The notes under the pieces were generated by a model. That model was not told where the DNA came from. It saw nothing but the letters and a program-made list of their open reading frames with translations, and did not search any database. Source: a virus (taxonomy: Duplodnaviria > Caudoviricetes). From it: a stretch of 42,089 nt of DNA. The stretch's first letter is position 1, and each line of letters begins with the position of its first letter. Made by a program: the position numbers and the translations under genes. The stretch covers positions 1 through 42,089 of the IMG/VR virus record IMGVR_UViG_3300033232_000036; one strand, given 5' to 3'. Below are positions 28,583-37,173 of the stretch, in pieces.

Positions 28583-29512
28583 ATGGGATTTACAAGCGGA
28601 GCGAAAAATTTATACGATTTGGTCGATGATATAGCGAACGGGTTAATAGGGTCATCAGTGAATTGGGTTGAAGGTGATGCAACGTGGAATACAACCGACC
28701 GAACGAATGGACAGGAGTATGGAAAAAGATGCTTAAAATACACCGGCGACACGGCTAATGTATGGATTGCGATTGAAGTTGGCAACTACTCAACGTCAAT
28801 ATATGCGACAACATATTACGCAAAAGGGCTAAGAATAACAATGAGTTCTTCATGGGACGAAATAGAACACAAACCCCCAGCCGGAGCAATGTATACTTAT
28901 ATCAGTTTTGAGATGGCGTACAACGCGCAAGCAACCGCAAACCTTTCGACGTTGTTATTAACTTATTATCTATGGATTGATGCATTCGGATTTTGTATCA
29001 TGGCAAAGCCGGAACCATTTGCCGCAGACTCACACCAACAATCCTTCTTCTGCTCACTGGAGCGCGTTCCAACGAAGGAATACGCAGACGGTTATTCAAA
29101 TTTTTTCCTTACATCACATTGTAATATATGGCCATCAGCGTATCATACAAGTTATCCCGACACGCATCGGCATTCTTGTTATTTAAGATTCCCTAACTTC
29201 AAGTTCCCCACAACCACAACAACCAACGCCGCGTGGAATAATGGCATTTCTTTGCCGCCTATAAGATATAATGCGTTCAAAAGTAATGGGAATGGAAAAG
29301 TGTATTATGTGAAACCGGTGTATCATAATACTCAAAATTGTCGAACCCCTATCGCTCAGGCGAATAATTGGTTTTATTGGTCCGAAATCGCTGGTTTAAT
29401 TGATGGGGATATTGTGGCCATTGATGGCGCAACAACGAAATATTTATGCAAATCGTTAGATTCGCCAAACAGCACCACACGCCTAACATATGCAATAAAA
29501 TACGTCGCCTAG
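28583..29512 (+). CDS. Putative receptor-binding/adsorption protein, paralog A
   Basis: Aromatic/Asn-rich and clearly paralogous to 29525-30469 (MGFTSGAK...LTYAIKYVA). Confidence 0.65.
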   Translation: MGFTSGAKNLYDLVDDIANGLIGSSVNWVEGDATWNTTDRTNGQEYGKRCLKYTGDTANVWIAIEVGNYSTSIYATTYYAKGLRITMSSSWDEIEHKPPAGAMYTYISFEMAYNAQATANLSTLLLTYYLWIDAFGFCIMAKPEPFAADSHQQSFFCSLERVPTKEYADGYSNFFLTSHCNIWPSAYHTSYPDTHRHSCYLRFPNFKFPTTTTTNAAWNNGISLPPIRYNAFKSNGNGKVYYVKPVYHNTQNCRTPIAQANNWFYWSEIAGLIDGDIVAIDGATTKYLCKSLDSPNSTTRLTYAIKYVA

Positions 29513-29524
29513 GAGGATTAAAAC

Positions 29525-30469
29525 ATGGGATTTACAAGCGGAGCGAAAGTCTCCGCAGATTTAATTGACTCCATCGCCAACGGGTTAATAGGGTCATCAG
29601 TGAATTGGAGTGACAATGATGTGACGTGGAATACCAGCGTAAGAACTGGAAATCTAGCAAGGCGGTCGTTAATTTATACTGGCGACACAACCGATATTTA
29701 CATCGCAATAGAGGTCATAAACACTCAAACACCTTTTGTTTATTATTATAATGGTAATAATAATGTATGGGTGTATGGGAAAGGAATTAGAATAGTAATA
29801 ACGTCGTCATGGGACTCTGTGAACCACACATATCCGGCCGGAGGGATGGCGACTTTCGTCCCATTTGAAGCACATTCAACCACAATTGCAGCGGATATGG
29901 AAACGCTCCAAATAACTTATTATATGTGGCTCGACGCGAATGGGTTTGTAATAATGGGAGTTCCAGAACCGACAACCGACGGATATCAACAGGCGTTTAA
30001 AATTTCACTTGAACGAGTCGCAGCAAAGGAATACGCAGACGGTTATTCAAATTTTTTCCTTCATGCAGCGTGTAATATATGGCCACACTTCTACGATACC
30101 TCCAACGTTGTCGACTATAACCGAAACCGTGGATACATTAGGTTTCCGGCATTTTATTACCCGACGAATGACAACAATACCACAGCAGTATGGAATAATG
30201 GAATAACGCTGGCACCAATAACCCAACACGCTTTCAAAAGCGAAGGGAATGGAAAAGTGTATTATGTCAAACCGGTATATCATAATGATGTTTTATGTAG
30301 AACTCCGATAGCACAGGCTGAAAGTTGGTTTTATTGGAATACAGATGTTGGTTTGGTTGATGGGGATATAGTGGCTATTGATGGCGCAACAACGAAATAT
30401 TTATGCAAAGGGCTTCAGTCTCCAGACAGCATAAATAGATTAACATATGCAATAAAATACGTGGCATAA
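29525..30469 (+). CDS. Putative receptor-binding/adsorption protein, paralog B
   Basis: Tandem paralog of 28583-29512. Confidence 0.65.
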   Translation: MGFTSGAKVSADLIDSIANGLIGSSVNWSDNDVTWNTSVRTGNLARRSLIYTGDTTDIYIAIEVINTQTPFVYYYNGNNNVWVYGKGIRIVITSSWDSVNHTYPAGGMATFVPFEAHSTTIAADMETLQITYYMWLDANGFVIMGVPEPTTDGYQQAFKISLERVAAKEYADGYSNFFLHAACNIWPHFYDTSNVVDYNRNRGYIRFPAFYYPTNDNNTTAVWNNGITLAPITQHAFKSEGNGKVYYVKPVYHNDVLCRTPIAQAESWFYWNTDVGLVDGDIVAIDGATTKYLCKGLQSPDSINRLTYAIKYVA

Positions 30470-32310
30470 TGAGTTTTGACGCAGTGGTATTCGGCTCGTA
30501 CATAGTTGGTACGGGGTTTACGGATGGGGACAGTATACCCAGCGGTGGCTTATCCTTATTTGCAAGAATTGTTGAGGATATCGGCGATACGCCAATAAGT
30601 GTTACGATTACTTACGTCGACCAATACGGCAACACTCCTGAAGTAGTGGGTATATCTACTTCCATTGCAGCTTTTGAAACAGCGGGCACTAGAATACCTA
30701 TCGTGCTTAATTCCGGCGACACAGGCATACGAGATATTACTGCTGTATCTATCACAGGCGGCACGGTGGGCGACTCAATTAGTTTCGAGAGTTACAATGA
30801 AGGTATAGGGAAAACAATCAATATCGCAACACGTGGTCTTGAACCCACGCAGTTTTTATCATTAACAACGAAGAATTATGCCATGATGCAAATGACTGAA
30901 CATAAATTTTACGAGGTCATACTAGATGGGGTAGAACGTAACGCCAACGGTACGTTCCAACTCGAAACCGAAACACATAATGTGAATACCGAAACCGAAC
31001 TTAATTACGATAGTGGATTCGCGGATGTATATTATTCTCAAGACAATATTGGGGCATATTTTAATATAAAAATCGATACTGATTATGTGGTTATCGACTC
31101 AGAATACCAGCGCGCATCGTGGAAATATACTGCATCGGGATTGTTTAGGCTGCAATTCATCTACGACGTAAATCTTGATGCAACTAAAATGAGATACGAG
31201 TTAGTAAATGACGCAGGGGTCGTCAAATGGTGGGTTAGTGGCAATGTAAACGGCGAAGGGGACGTTACTATGGATACTGAGAGTTTTTCGTTTAGGCTCC
31301 GCATTATCGCCAACCACACGAATACAACAGTCGGATTATATGCGAAGGTATTACTCCCCATAGTACACCGATATAAATTAGCGGGTGTTATGCAAATGAT
31401 GGATTATAGGTATAATCCAAATACGATTTTATACCATCGCTCACGAATCGTAAGGACTACCCCCGCAGGCTCCCTCGTTCAGGCCCACATGCGATTCAGT
31501 GACAATGGGTCAACGTGGACGGGGTGGATTGGCCCTGATGGCACCAGCAGCACGTTCATCACCGACCTCACGGTTCCCAATACCGGCGGGTACACTGGCA
31601 AATACTATCAGATTAAAATGTTTTTACTCGGCACCGGTATGACAACCCCCATATTCACTTCAATAATGACCGAAACGGTTGTATGGATAAGCGGGGACGA
31701 CGTGCCGTGGCTGCTCAGTTACAACACCGACGGCTCCCCTGTAAACCCATACAACACCCCGAGTTCAGCGGGGCCTCTGAGAATGATGCGTGAATTGGAC
31801 GGCGGGTACATGACTCCCCCCACTTATGCAACCCATACGAGCGCGGTTGTTGATTTGGCGGCTCGCGCCGAATGTGATTCATTTTTAGCTCAAACCCTAT
31901 CAAAACGAGCCGAGGCTATAATTAAAATTATTCGCGTGGTTGCATCATTCCCTGAATCCGAGTTCGGGCAAAAGGTTTCTGGATACGTGCTTGACCAAGA
32001 TGAAAACGTTATAACCGGCGCGATTAAAATGGTAATAACGTCAACACTCGACCCGAGTTATGATATTATGTGCGAGGTTGACCCCGTTACGGGCTTCTAT
32101 CAAGCTTTCTTCAAGAACACAATATACGACGCGCGTTTCTTGCTTGTTGAGATTAGCGACAGGGCATTCAGCGCAGGACTGGAAGGGTTTGGGACACCTG
32201 CTGAAATTGACGGGGGCAGTGCAATGACGACTTTAAATCTTCATTTCTTCCTCCCGAATCTGTATTGTCCAAAAGCAGCCGCGCACGTTGGCTCATTGGT
32301 TTCGTATTAG
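30469..32310 (+). CDS. Large beta-rich virion protein (adhesin/tail appendage-like)
   Basis: TPAGSLV....RFSDNGSTWTGW...KYYQIK..L.....TP module plus a C-terminal VSGYVLDQ transthyretin-like segment. Confidence 0.6.
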   Translation: MSFDAVVFGSYIVGTGFTDGDSIPSGGLSLFARIVEDIGDTPISVTITYVDQYGNTPEVVGISTSIAAFETAGTRIPIVLNSGDTGIRDITAVSITGGTVGDSISFESYNEGIGKTINIATRGLEPTQFLSLTTKNYAMMQMTEHKFYEVILDGVERNANGTFQLETETHNVNTETELNYDSGFADVYYSQDNIGAYFNIKIDTDYVVIDSEYQRASWKYTASGLFRLQFIYDVNLDATKMRYELVNDAGVVKWWVSGNVNGEGDVTMDTESFSFRLRIIANHTNTTVGLYAKVLLPIVHRYKLAGVMQMMDYRYNPNTILYHRSRIVRTTPAGSLVQAHMRFSDNGSTWTGWIGPDGTSSTFITDLTVPNTGGYTGKYYQIKMFLLGTGMTTPIFTSIMTETVVWISGDDVPWLLSYNTDGSPVNPYNTPSSAGPLRMMRELDGGYMTPPTYATHTSAVVDLAARAECDSFLAQTLSKRAEAIIKIIRVVASFPESEFGQKVSGYVLDQDENVITGAIKMVITSTLDPSYDIMCEVDPVTGFYQAFFKNTIYDARFLLVEISDRAFSAGLEGFGTPAEIDGGSAMTTLNLHFFLPNLYCPKAAAHVGSLVSY

Positions 32311-32366
32311 TGGTTCCACACCTTTTAAAAACAGTTAAATACAAATACCAATATACAACCATATTG

Positions 32367-32831
32367 ATGATAATTAATACACATGCATTAAAGAAGGCGG
32401 TATCGGTTACCGAGCAGGTCGACGGCGGGAAGAAAGTGACTGTTTATTCCAAGGCAGCGCTTCGGGCCCTTAAGTATTTTGAACTTACTATTCCAAGTTT
32501 CAGCAAGGGCGTCGTCGCGGCGCTAATCCTTGAAGACGAGATTAGGAAGCACTATCCATTTGAATGGGCCGAGATTGAGCAGGCAGTTCCTGAAAAGAAC
32601 ACCATGGGCGACCATGAAATCCCCGAGATTACCTTAATCAATCAGACTGTTTTAATGCAGGCGGACGAGGAAACGGCGACCCGTGACGGGCGTTTGGTCA
32701 CAGTATATGACCCGAGAGTTGCCACAATGTTGAGATATTTGGCATACACCCGCCCGAGATTTACTCGCAGTAAAGGCGCGGCGGAATTGCTTGAACTCGG
32801 GCTACAAAACAGATTCCCGAATCTGTTTTGA
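32367..32831 (+). CDS. Protein with two tandem ribbon-helix-helix-like repeats, adjacent to the origin candidate
   Basis: Internal duplication IIN...DG.K.VTVY...LKY...P.F.....A.ILE..I...YP versus LIN...DG..VTVY...LRY...P.F.....AELLE..L...FP. A TTAAATA box lies upstream. Confidence 0.65.
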   Translation: MIINTHALKKAVSVTEQVDGGKKVTVYSKAALRALKYFELTIPSFSKGVVAALILEDEIRKHYPFEWAEIEQAVPEKNTMGDHEIPEITLINQTVLMQADEETATRDGRLVTVYDPRVATMLRYLAYTRPRFTRSKGAAELLELGLQNRFPNLF

Positions 32832-32927
32832 TTGTGTGTTGTCAAAAACGATACGTTTATATTATGGCCTCGAATATAAAGTGTGAATGTTACGTCCAAG
32901 AGCCAAAGGTTCTAATGACGTTTTGCA

Positions 32928-33222
32928 GTTGTTAACAGATTGTTAACAAGATTTGTTAACAGATTGTTAACTGTTAACAAAATAACCCCCATGAAAGGAG
33001 CAACCCCCAACAAAAACAAATCAAACCCCCCCAAACACCAATAAATCAACCCAAAATGTAAATTTATTTATTCTATGTAAAAAAACCTTTAAATTTACAT
33101 TTAACACTATTTTATTGAGTATAGTTTAGTTAGTTGTAAATATAACTAAAAAAAAGAGTAAAAAAGAACAGCAGCCTAAAAGTTAACACCAGTTTGTTAA
33201 CAGTTAACAATCTGTTAACAAC
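32928..33222. repeat. Iteron-like GTTAAC arrays in perfect inverted repeat around an AT-rich core (candidate replication origin)
   Basis: Nine GTTAAC copies (32931, 32942, 32955, 32966, 32973; 33182, 33196, 33203, 33214). A 29-bp perfect IR at 32953-32981 / 33193-33221 and an inner 13-bp IR at 33054-33066 / 33090-33102. Confidence 0.85.
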
Positions 33223-33270
33223 CCCACAACCCGAACAAATATATGGATATTTAGGCAGTAAAAAAAAGAG

Positions 33271-33636
33271 GTGACAGGCGTGACAAAAGACCCCCGAATC
33301 TTTATCCCCCTAAAAGACCCCGCAATGCAGGGGTTCATAAAAAACGCACTCAAGCAAGAGGGCATGACATACGAGAAGTTGATGCACCGATATTTTAAAA
33401 TGCCAGATACCGCCGAACAACTCGATATACTCCACAATAAATTTGATGGGGTAGTTGAGGGATACAGCAATCTCGTCCCCGCCGAAGCGCACGACGACGC
33501 CGAGGCTTTTATGTCTTACATGTGGGTATTAATTGCAAAAACAGCAAACGGGAGCCTCGACCCACAAAAGATAATGACCACAATTGAAACGGCGCTTAAT
33601 GACGATTTGTGGGCCTCCAGCAGCCGAATTATATAA
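33271..33636 (+). CDS. Hypothetical protein, possible N-terminal RHH-like DNA-binding motif
   Basis: RBS GAGGTGA region and RIFIPLKDPAMQGFIKNALKQEGMTYEKLM (beta-helix-G-helix). Confidence 0.55.
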   Translation: MTGVTKDPRIFIPLKDPAMQGFIKNALKQEGMTYEKLMHRYFKMPDTAEQLDILHNKFDGVVEGYSNLVPAEAHDDAEAFMSYMWVLIAKTANGSLDPQKIMTTIETALNDDLWASSSRII

Positions 33637-33653
33637 CGGCTGAATCAAGCGAA

Positions 33654-33746
33654 GTCGCAATCCTTATATACATACCAATCAATGAGAGCATGTACAACAA
33701 CCAACCCAGAGCGGTTGAACCAACATAAACGAGATGAGCAAATATG
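33654..33746 (+). promoter_or_regulatory. Dispersed early promoter-leader cassette, copy 5
   Basis: Promoter part identical to copy 3. Core GTACAACAACCAACCCAGAGCGGTTGAACC (33692-33721) keeps the stem with a different loop. Confidence 0.85.
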
Positions 33747-34880
33747 AATACACAATTTAATACTATGATGAACGAACTGAAATTAGAGTTCGTGGAAAGA
33801 GATGAAGAAATCGTTGGCACAATGTGCGCGATTTTAAGCCAGCAACATTTATTTATGGTTGGAAAGCCGGGAACGGCGAAATCCATGCTGATTGATACTG
33901 TATGCTCCCGCATAACCGGCGCTGAATATTTCCAGTGGCTTTTGACGAAATTTAGTACACCAGAAGAGGTATTCGGTCCAATCAGCCTAAAGGCGCTTGA
34001 ACAAGACAAGTACACCAGAATCACGACCCACAAATTACCAGAGGCACACATCGGGTTCCTTGATGAGGTATTTAAGGCGAACAGCGCAATCTTAAACGCA
34101 CTGCTTACTATCGTTAATGAGCGAAAGTATCATAATAATGGGCACCCTGCCACAGTTCCGCTGCAATCTCTATTCGGCGCATCAAATGAACTACCAGACA
34201 GCGAGGAACTCGGGGCACTATACGACCGATTCCTGTTGAGATATGTTATAAACTACATAAAAGACGACGCCGACTTTATGCGAATGTTGCAAAACAAGGC
34301 GCCACACAACCCGACCACAATCTCGCTCACAGAGATTGAGCAGGCACAAAATGCAGTTCGACAAATTGCAGTTCCTAACAGTATGATAGAACTAATAATA
34401 AAAATCAGAAACGACATGCGGAACGAGGGAGTAATAGCCAGTGACCGCCGGTACAGGCAGGCAATTTCAATTCTGCAAGCCCATGCATGGCTCAACGGCC
34501 GTACAGCGGTATCTGATGATGATATGGGAATGCTATCTCACATTCTTTGGAGCCAGCCATCTGAAATTAAAACCGTCCAGCGCGTTATATTGGGCGCAAG
34601 CAACCCGCTCATAAACAAGGTTCTAGAGTTGCTTGACCAAGCCGAGGAAGTTTACAGCGAATGCATGGACAATATTAAACAGGATGAAACCAGCGCAAGT
34701 TCTGAAGGCGTGGAGGCAAATTCTAAACTAAAAAAGATTGGCAATGACGTCGCGGCCTACATGGGAGATGCCCAATCACAGGGACGCCAAACCAAGCCGA
34801 TTGAAGAAGCGCTTGACAGAATAATCGCTTTGAATCGGGTCGTGTTGAAGGAATGCCTCGGGCTGGATATAACCGATTAG
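33744..34880 (+). CDS. MoxR-family AAA+ ATPase (RavA-like)
   Basis: Walker A GKPGTAKS, LLTKFSTPEEVFGP, Walker B FLDEVFKANSAILNALL, GASNE, ALYDRF and SDRR. Confidence 0.92.
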   Translation: MNTQFNTMMNELKLEFVERDEEIVGTMCAILSQQHLFMVGKPGTAKSMLIDTVCSRITGAEYFQWLLTKFSTPEEVFGPISLKALEQDKYTRITTHKLPEAHIGFLDEVFKANSAILNALLTIVNERKYHNNGHPATVPLQSLFGASNELPDSEELGALYDRFLLRYVINYIKDDADFMRMLQNKAPHNPTTISLTEIEQAQNAVRQIAVPNSMIELIIKIRNDMRNEGVIASDRRYRQAISILQAHAWLNGRTAVSDDDMGMLSHILWSQPSEIKTVQRVILGASNPLINKVLELLDQAEEVYSECMDNIKQDETSASSEGVEANSKLKKIGNDVAAYMGDAQSQGRQTKPIEEALDRIIALNRVVLKECLGLDITD

Positions 34881-34890
34881 GGGCTCCAAT

Positions 34891-35499
34891 ATGGCAGCCC
34901 CCAACAGCATAACTGACCTAGTACGCTCGTTTGTAGACGGCGCAACGAAGGGACATAAAGCCCCCGTCATCGTTTTTGGTGACGGGCTTTACACCGTAAC
35001 GCAAAACCAATATAATTTAATAGGGTATCGTTTCAGCTCTCGGTTTTTCTTTGTTAATGCATATAATCTTTATAATCGGGGCGAGCGAACGGTTAAAAAT
35101 ATATTAATCCAGCAGTTGTCATTTCGAAACATAGAATACCGTAAAGTGGAATTAAAAAACCCTTGGCATCTAGGCGAATGCCCAACAGCAAACAACATAA
35201 CGGATATTTTGGAGGCCGTGGCTACATTAAATAATTATCAAAAAACAATCGAAAAGCAGACTGGATATGATGCCGTAAGGGTCAGGGTAAGCGCGCTCCG
35301 TTGGCTGCTCCACGGTTCGCGCATCCGTATTAAGCAAAAGGACAACAGTCTTTTAGGGGTGGATATATTTCGGTTAAAGTTTCAATCAAACGATACCGAC
35401 CAAGACAAACGCGCGCTTATCAAAGAATATAACGAATTTAAAATCAAACACGTTCATATTAATCGAACGATGCAACTGCTTAAAACGCTCGTTAGATAG
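34891..35499 (+). CDS. Hypothetical protein, paralog family X member 1
   Basis: NSITDLVRSFVDG...GDGLY.V...RFFFVN, shared with the next two ORFs. Confidence 0.7.
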   Translation: MAAPNSITDLVRSFVDGATKGHKAPVIVFGDGLYTVTQNQYNLIGYRFSSRFFFVNAYNLYNRGERTVKNILIQQLSFRNIEYRKVELKNPWHLGECPTANNITDILEAVATLNNYQKTIEKQTGYDAVRVRVSALRWLLHGSRIRIKQKDNSLLGVDIFRLKFQSNDTDQDKRALIKEYNEFKIKHVHINRTMQLLKTLVR

Positions 35500-35508
35500 G
35501 GTGAAATT

Positions 35509-36174
35509 ATGGGACATATAAATAATATAAAAGATTTAGTTGAGCATTTTTACACCGGCGGCACATGGCCCCGCATCGCAATGAAGAACTCGGCGATAAT
35601 ACACGGGCGCGGCCTGTATGCAGTATCCGACGGGATTTACATTCCGGCAGCGATAAAAATAGGGCGCGGGCTGTTTGTTGTAAATAACACAAATCTTAAA
35701 ACACGGGGCGCCCTTGAACGGTTAACCGGCATGATTAAAGCCCTTGCAGCCGAGGCACCAAGCGCCCCCGATGTATTTTATACCACGATGGAGCCGGTTG
35801 AGCGGCCCGGAATATACCCCGACATAACAACCACTTTAAACACCATGGAAAATTTTATCCAGCGCCGGCTCGCGGGGTTGGAATTTGATTGGGCGCAAGT
35901 CGGCACAATCCAACGCGAATCAATCGAACCAAGGCGTACCGACCACGTTGAAAAAATCGAAGCAATCGCCGAGTATAGGAACGAGCAGGAAAAGCAGGCC
36001 GAATATAATCGTTATAAGGAATTAATGTGCATAGACATAATACTGGAAGAAACGATAGCGGCTGGCGGCATATCTCCGGAAAAGTACGAACGGTTAAAGC
36101 GCACCTACAACGAAATGACGGCGCGGGCACACGAAACTGAAATCTTCATCAAGCACATAACCAGCATAATATAG
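35509..36174 (+). CDS. Hypothetical protein, paralog family X member 2
   Basis: NNIKDLVEHFYTG...GRGLY.V...GLFVVNN. RBS GGTGA. Confidence 0.7.
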   Translation: MGHINNIKDLVEHFYTGGTWPRIAMKNSAIIHGRGLYAVSDGIYIPAAIKIGRGLFVVNNTNLKTRGALERLTGMIKALAAEAPSAPDVFYTTMEPVERPGIYPDITTTLNTMENFIQRRLAGLEFDWAQVGTIQRESIEPRRTDHVEKIEAIAEYRNEQEKQAEYNRYKELMCIDIILEETIAAGGISPEKYERLKRTYNEMTARAHETEIFIKHITSII

Positions 36175-36189
36175 ACGGGCGGTTTAAAC

Positions 36190-37017
36190 GTGAATTTAAA
36201 AGGCGTTACAGCGACAAACCTGCCGAAAGGATTACGGCATGACAGCGGGACACATATCAGCCCAGTAGATGCACGTGGCGCTCTACTGGGCACCCTGCCC
36301 CCTCCCCCAGACAAACGACATAAACAGGCGATGGAAATAGTCGATGCGTTCCTTGACGGCGTGGATTATTATGTCACGGATAAGTACCTAATATGCAATG
36401 ACGTTTTATGGCTGCTCGGGCCGAAACCCGTTTTTAATTATGGGGATATTGAAAACGATACCGGCACCAATGCCATGGATATACAATATGTGCCAATTCT
36501 CGCCCGCATCGGTGTTAATAATGCAGTGATTCGCAATGATGCTCCCCTGCTTCAAAAAAGGATGTACGGCAAAGACATTAAAGCTATTAAAACGGCTATA
36601 CGGGGCCAAATAAAAGCGATTGTAGTGGACACTTCGATTGGTTTCCCATTTGGTAACCCCCATAGTGACATAATGAGTGCAATCTCGGTATTTCAGGTGC
36701 GTATGATATGTGAACGTGTCAATAATAAATTTAAACCGATGGTTGTAAGCGGTTTGCCCGCGCCGTCCACCGCCGAGCAGGTTAAGCAGGCGTTCCGATT
36801 GTTGGAAATGCGCGCTGTCAGCGAAGTTCGGCTCCGGCACGTTGAAAAAATGATTAGATTAGAAGAACGCTGTAAAGGGAGCACCGACATCGAACAAATA
36901 CTATCTCTTGCAGCGCATTTAAATGAGGTTTATGGGAAAATACGAGCCCACATTGAAACACGAATATTGGTCCTTCAAGAGTTCACACACAAACCAGAGG
37001 AAGAGTATGGCGTTTAA
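36190..37017 (+). CDS. Hypothetical protein, distant paralog family X member 3 (start uncertain)
   Basis: AMEIVDAFLDG...NDVLW...ARIGVNNAVIRN. Confidence 0.6.
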   Translation: MNLKGVTATNLPKGLRHDSGTHISPVDARGALLGTLPPPPDKRHKQAMEIVDAFLDGVDYYVTDKYLICNDVLWLLGPKPVFNYGDIENDTGTNAMDIQYVPILARIGVNNAVIRNDAPLLQKRMYGKDIKAIKTAIRGQIKAIVVDTSIGFPFGNPHSDIMSAISVFQVRMICERVNNKFKPMVVSGLPAPSTAEQVKQAFRLLEMRAVSEVRLRHVEKMIRLEERCKGSTDIEQILSLAAHLNEVYGKIRAHIETRILVLQEFTHKPEEEYGV

Positions 37018-37099
37018 AAGCCCATAAGTGAGGCTGAAGTGGGGGCAGGTCCGCGCAAATGTGTCGTTAATACATCGACGTATTGGGTCTAATGGGTTA

Positions 37100-37173
37100 G
37101 GCAAACCTTCATATATCTTGCAATTAATGAAGAAGTGTACAAATACCAACTTAAAAAGGCGGTTAAAGAGATG
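37100..37173 (+). promoter_or_regulatory. Dispersed early promoter-leader cassette, copy 6 (degenerate)
   Basis: GGCAAA BRE, TTCATATAT box, then GTACAAATACCAACTTAAAAAGGCGGTTAAAGAGATGAGC. Confidence 0.7.

Noticed and set aside
28583-30469. Diversity-generating retroelement (TR/VR pair)
   Set aside because: Differences between the paralogs are not adenine-specific, both are full ORFs, and no reverse transcriptase is encoded.
32953-33221. Transposon/MITE or invertible switch defined by the 29-bp IR
   Set aside because: No transposase or recombinase gene is recognisable and no target-site duplication is evident. The IR is built from short palindromic iterons, which fits protein-binding sites better.
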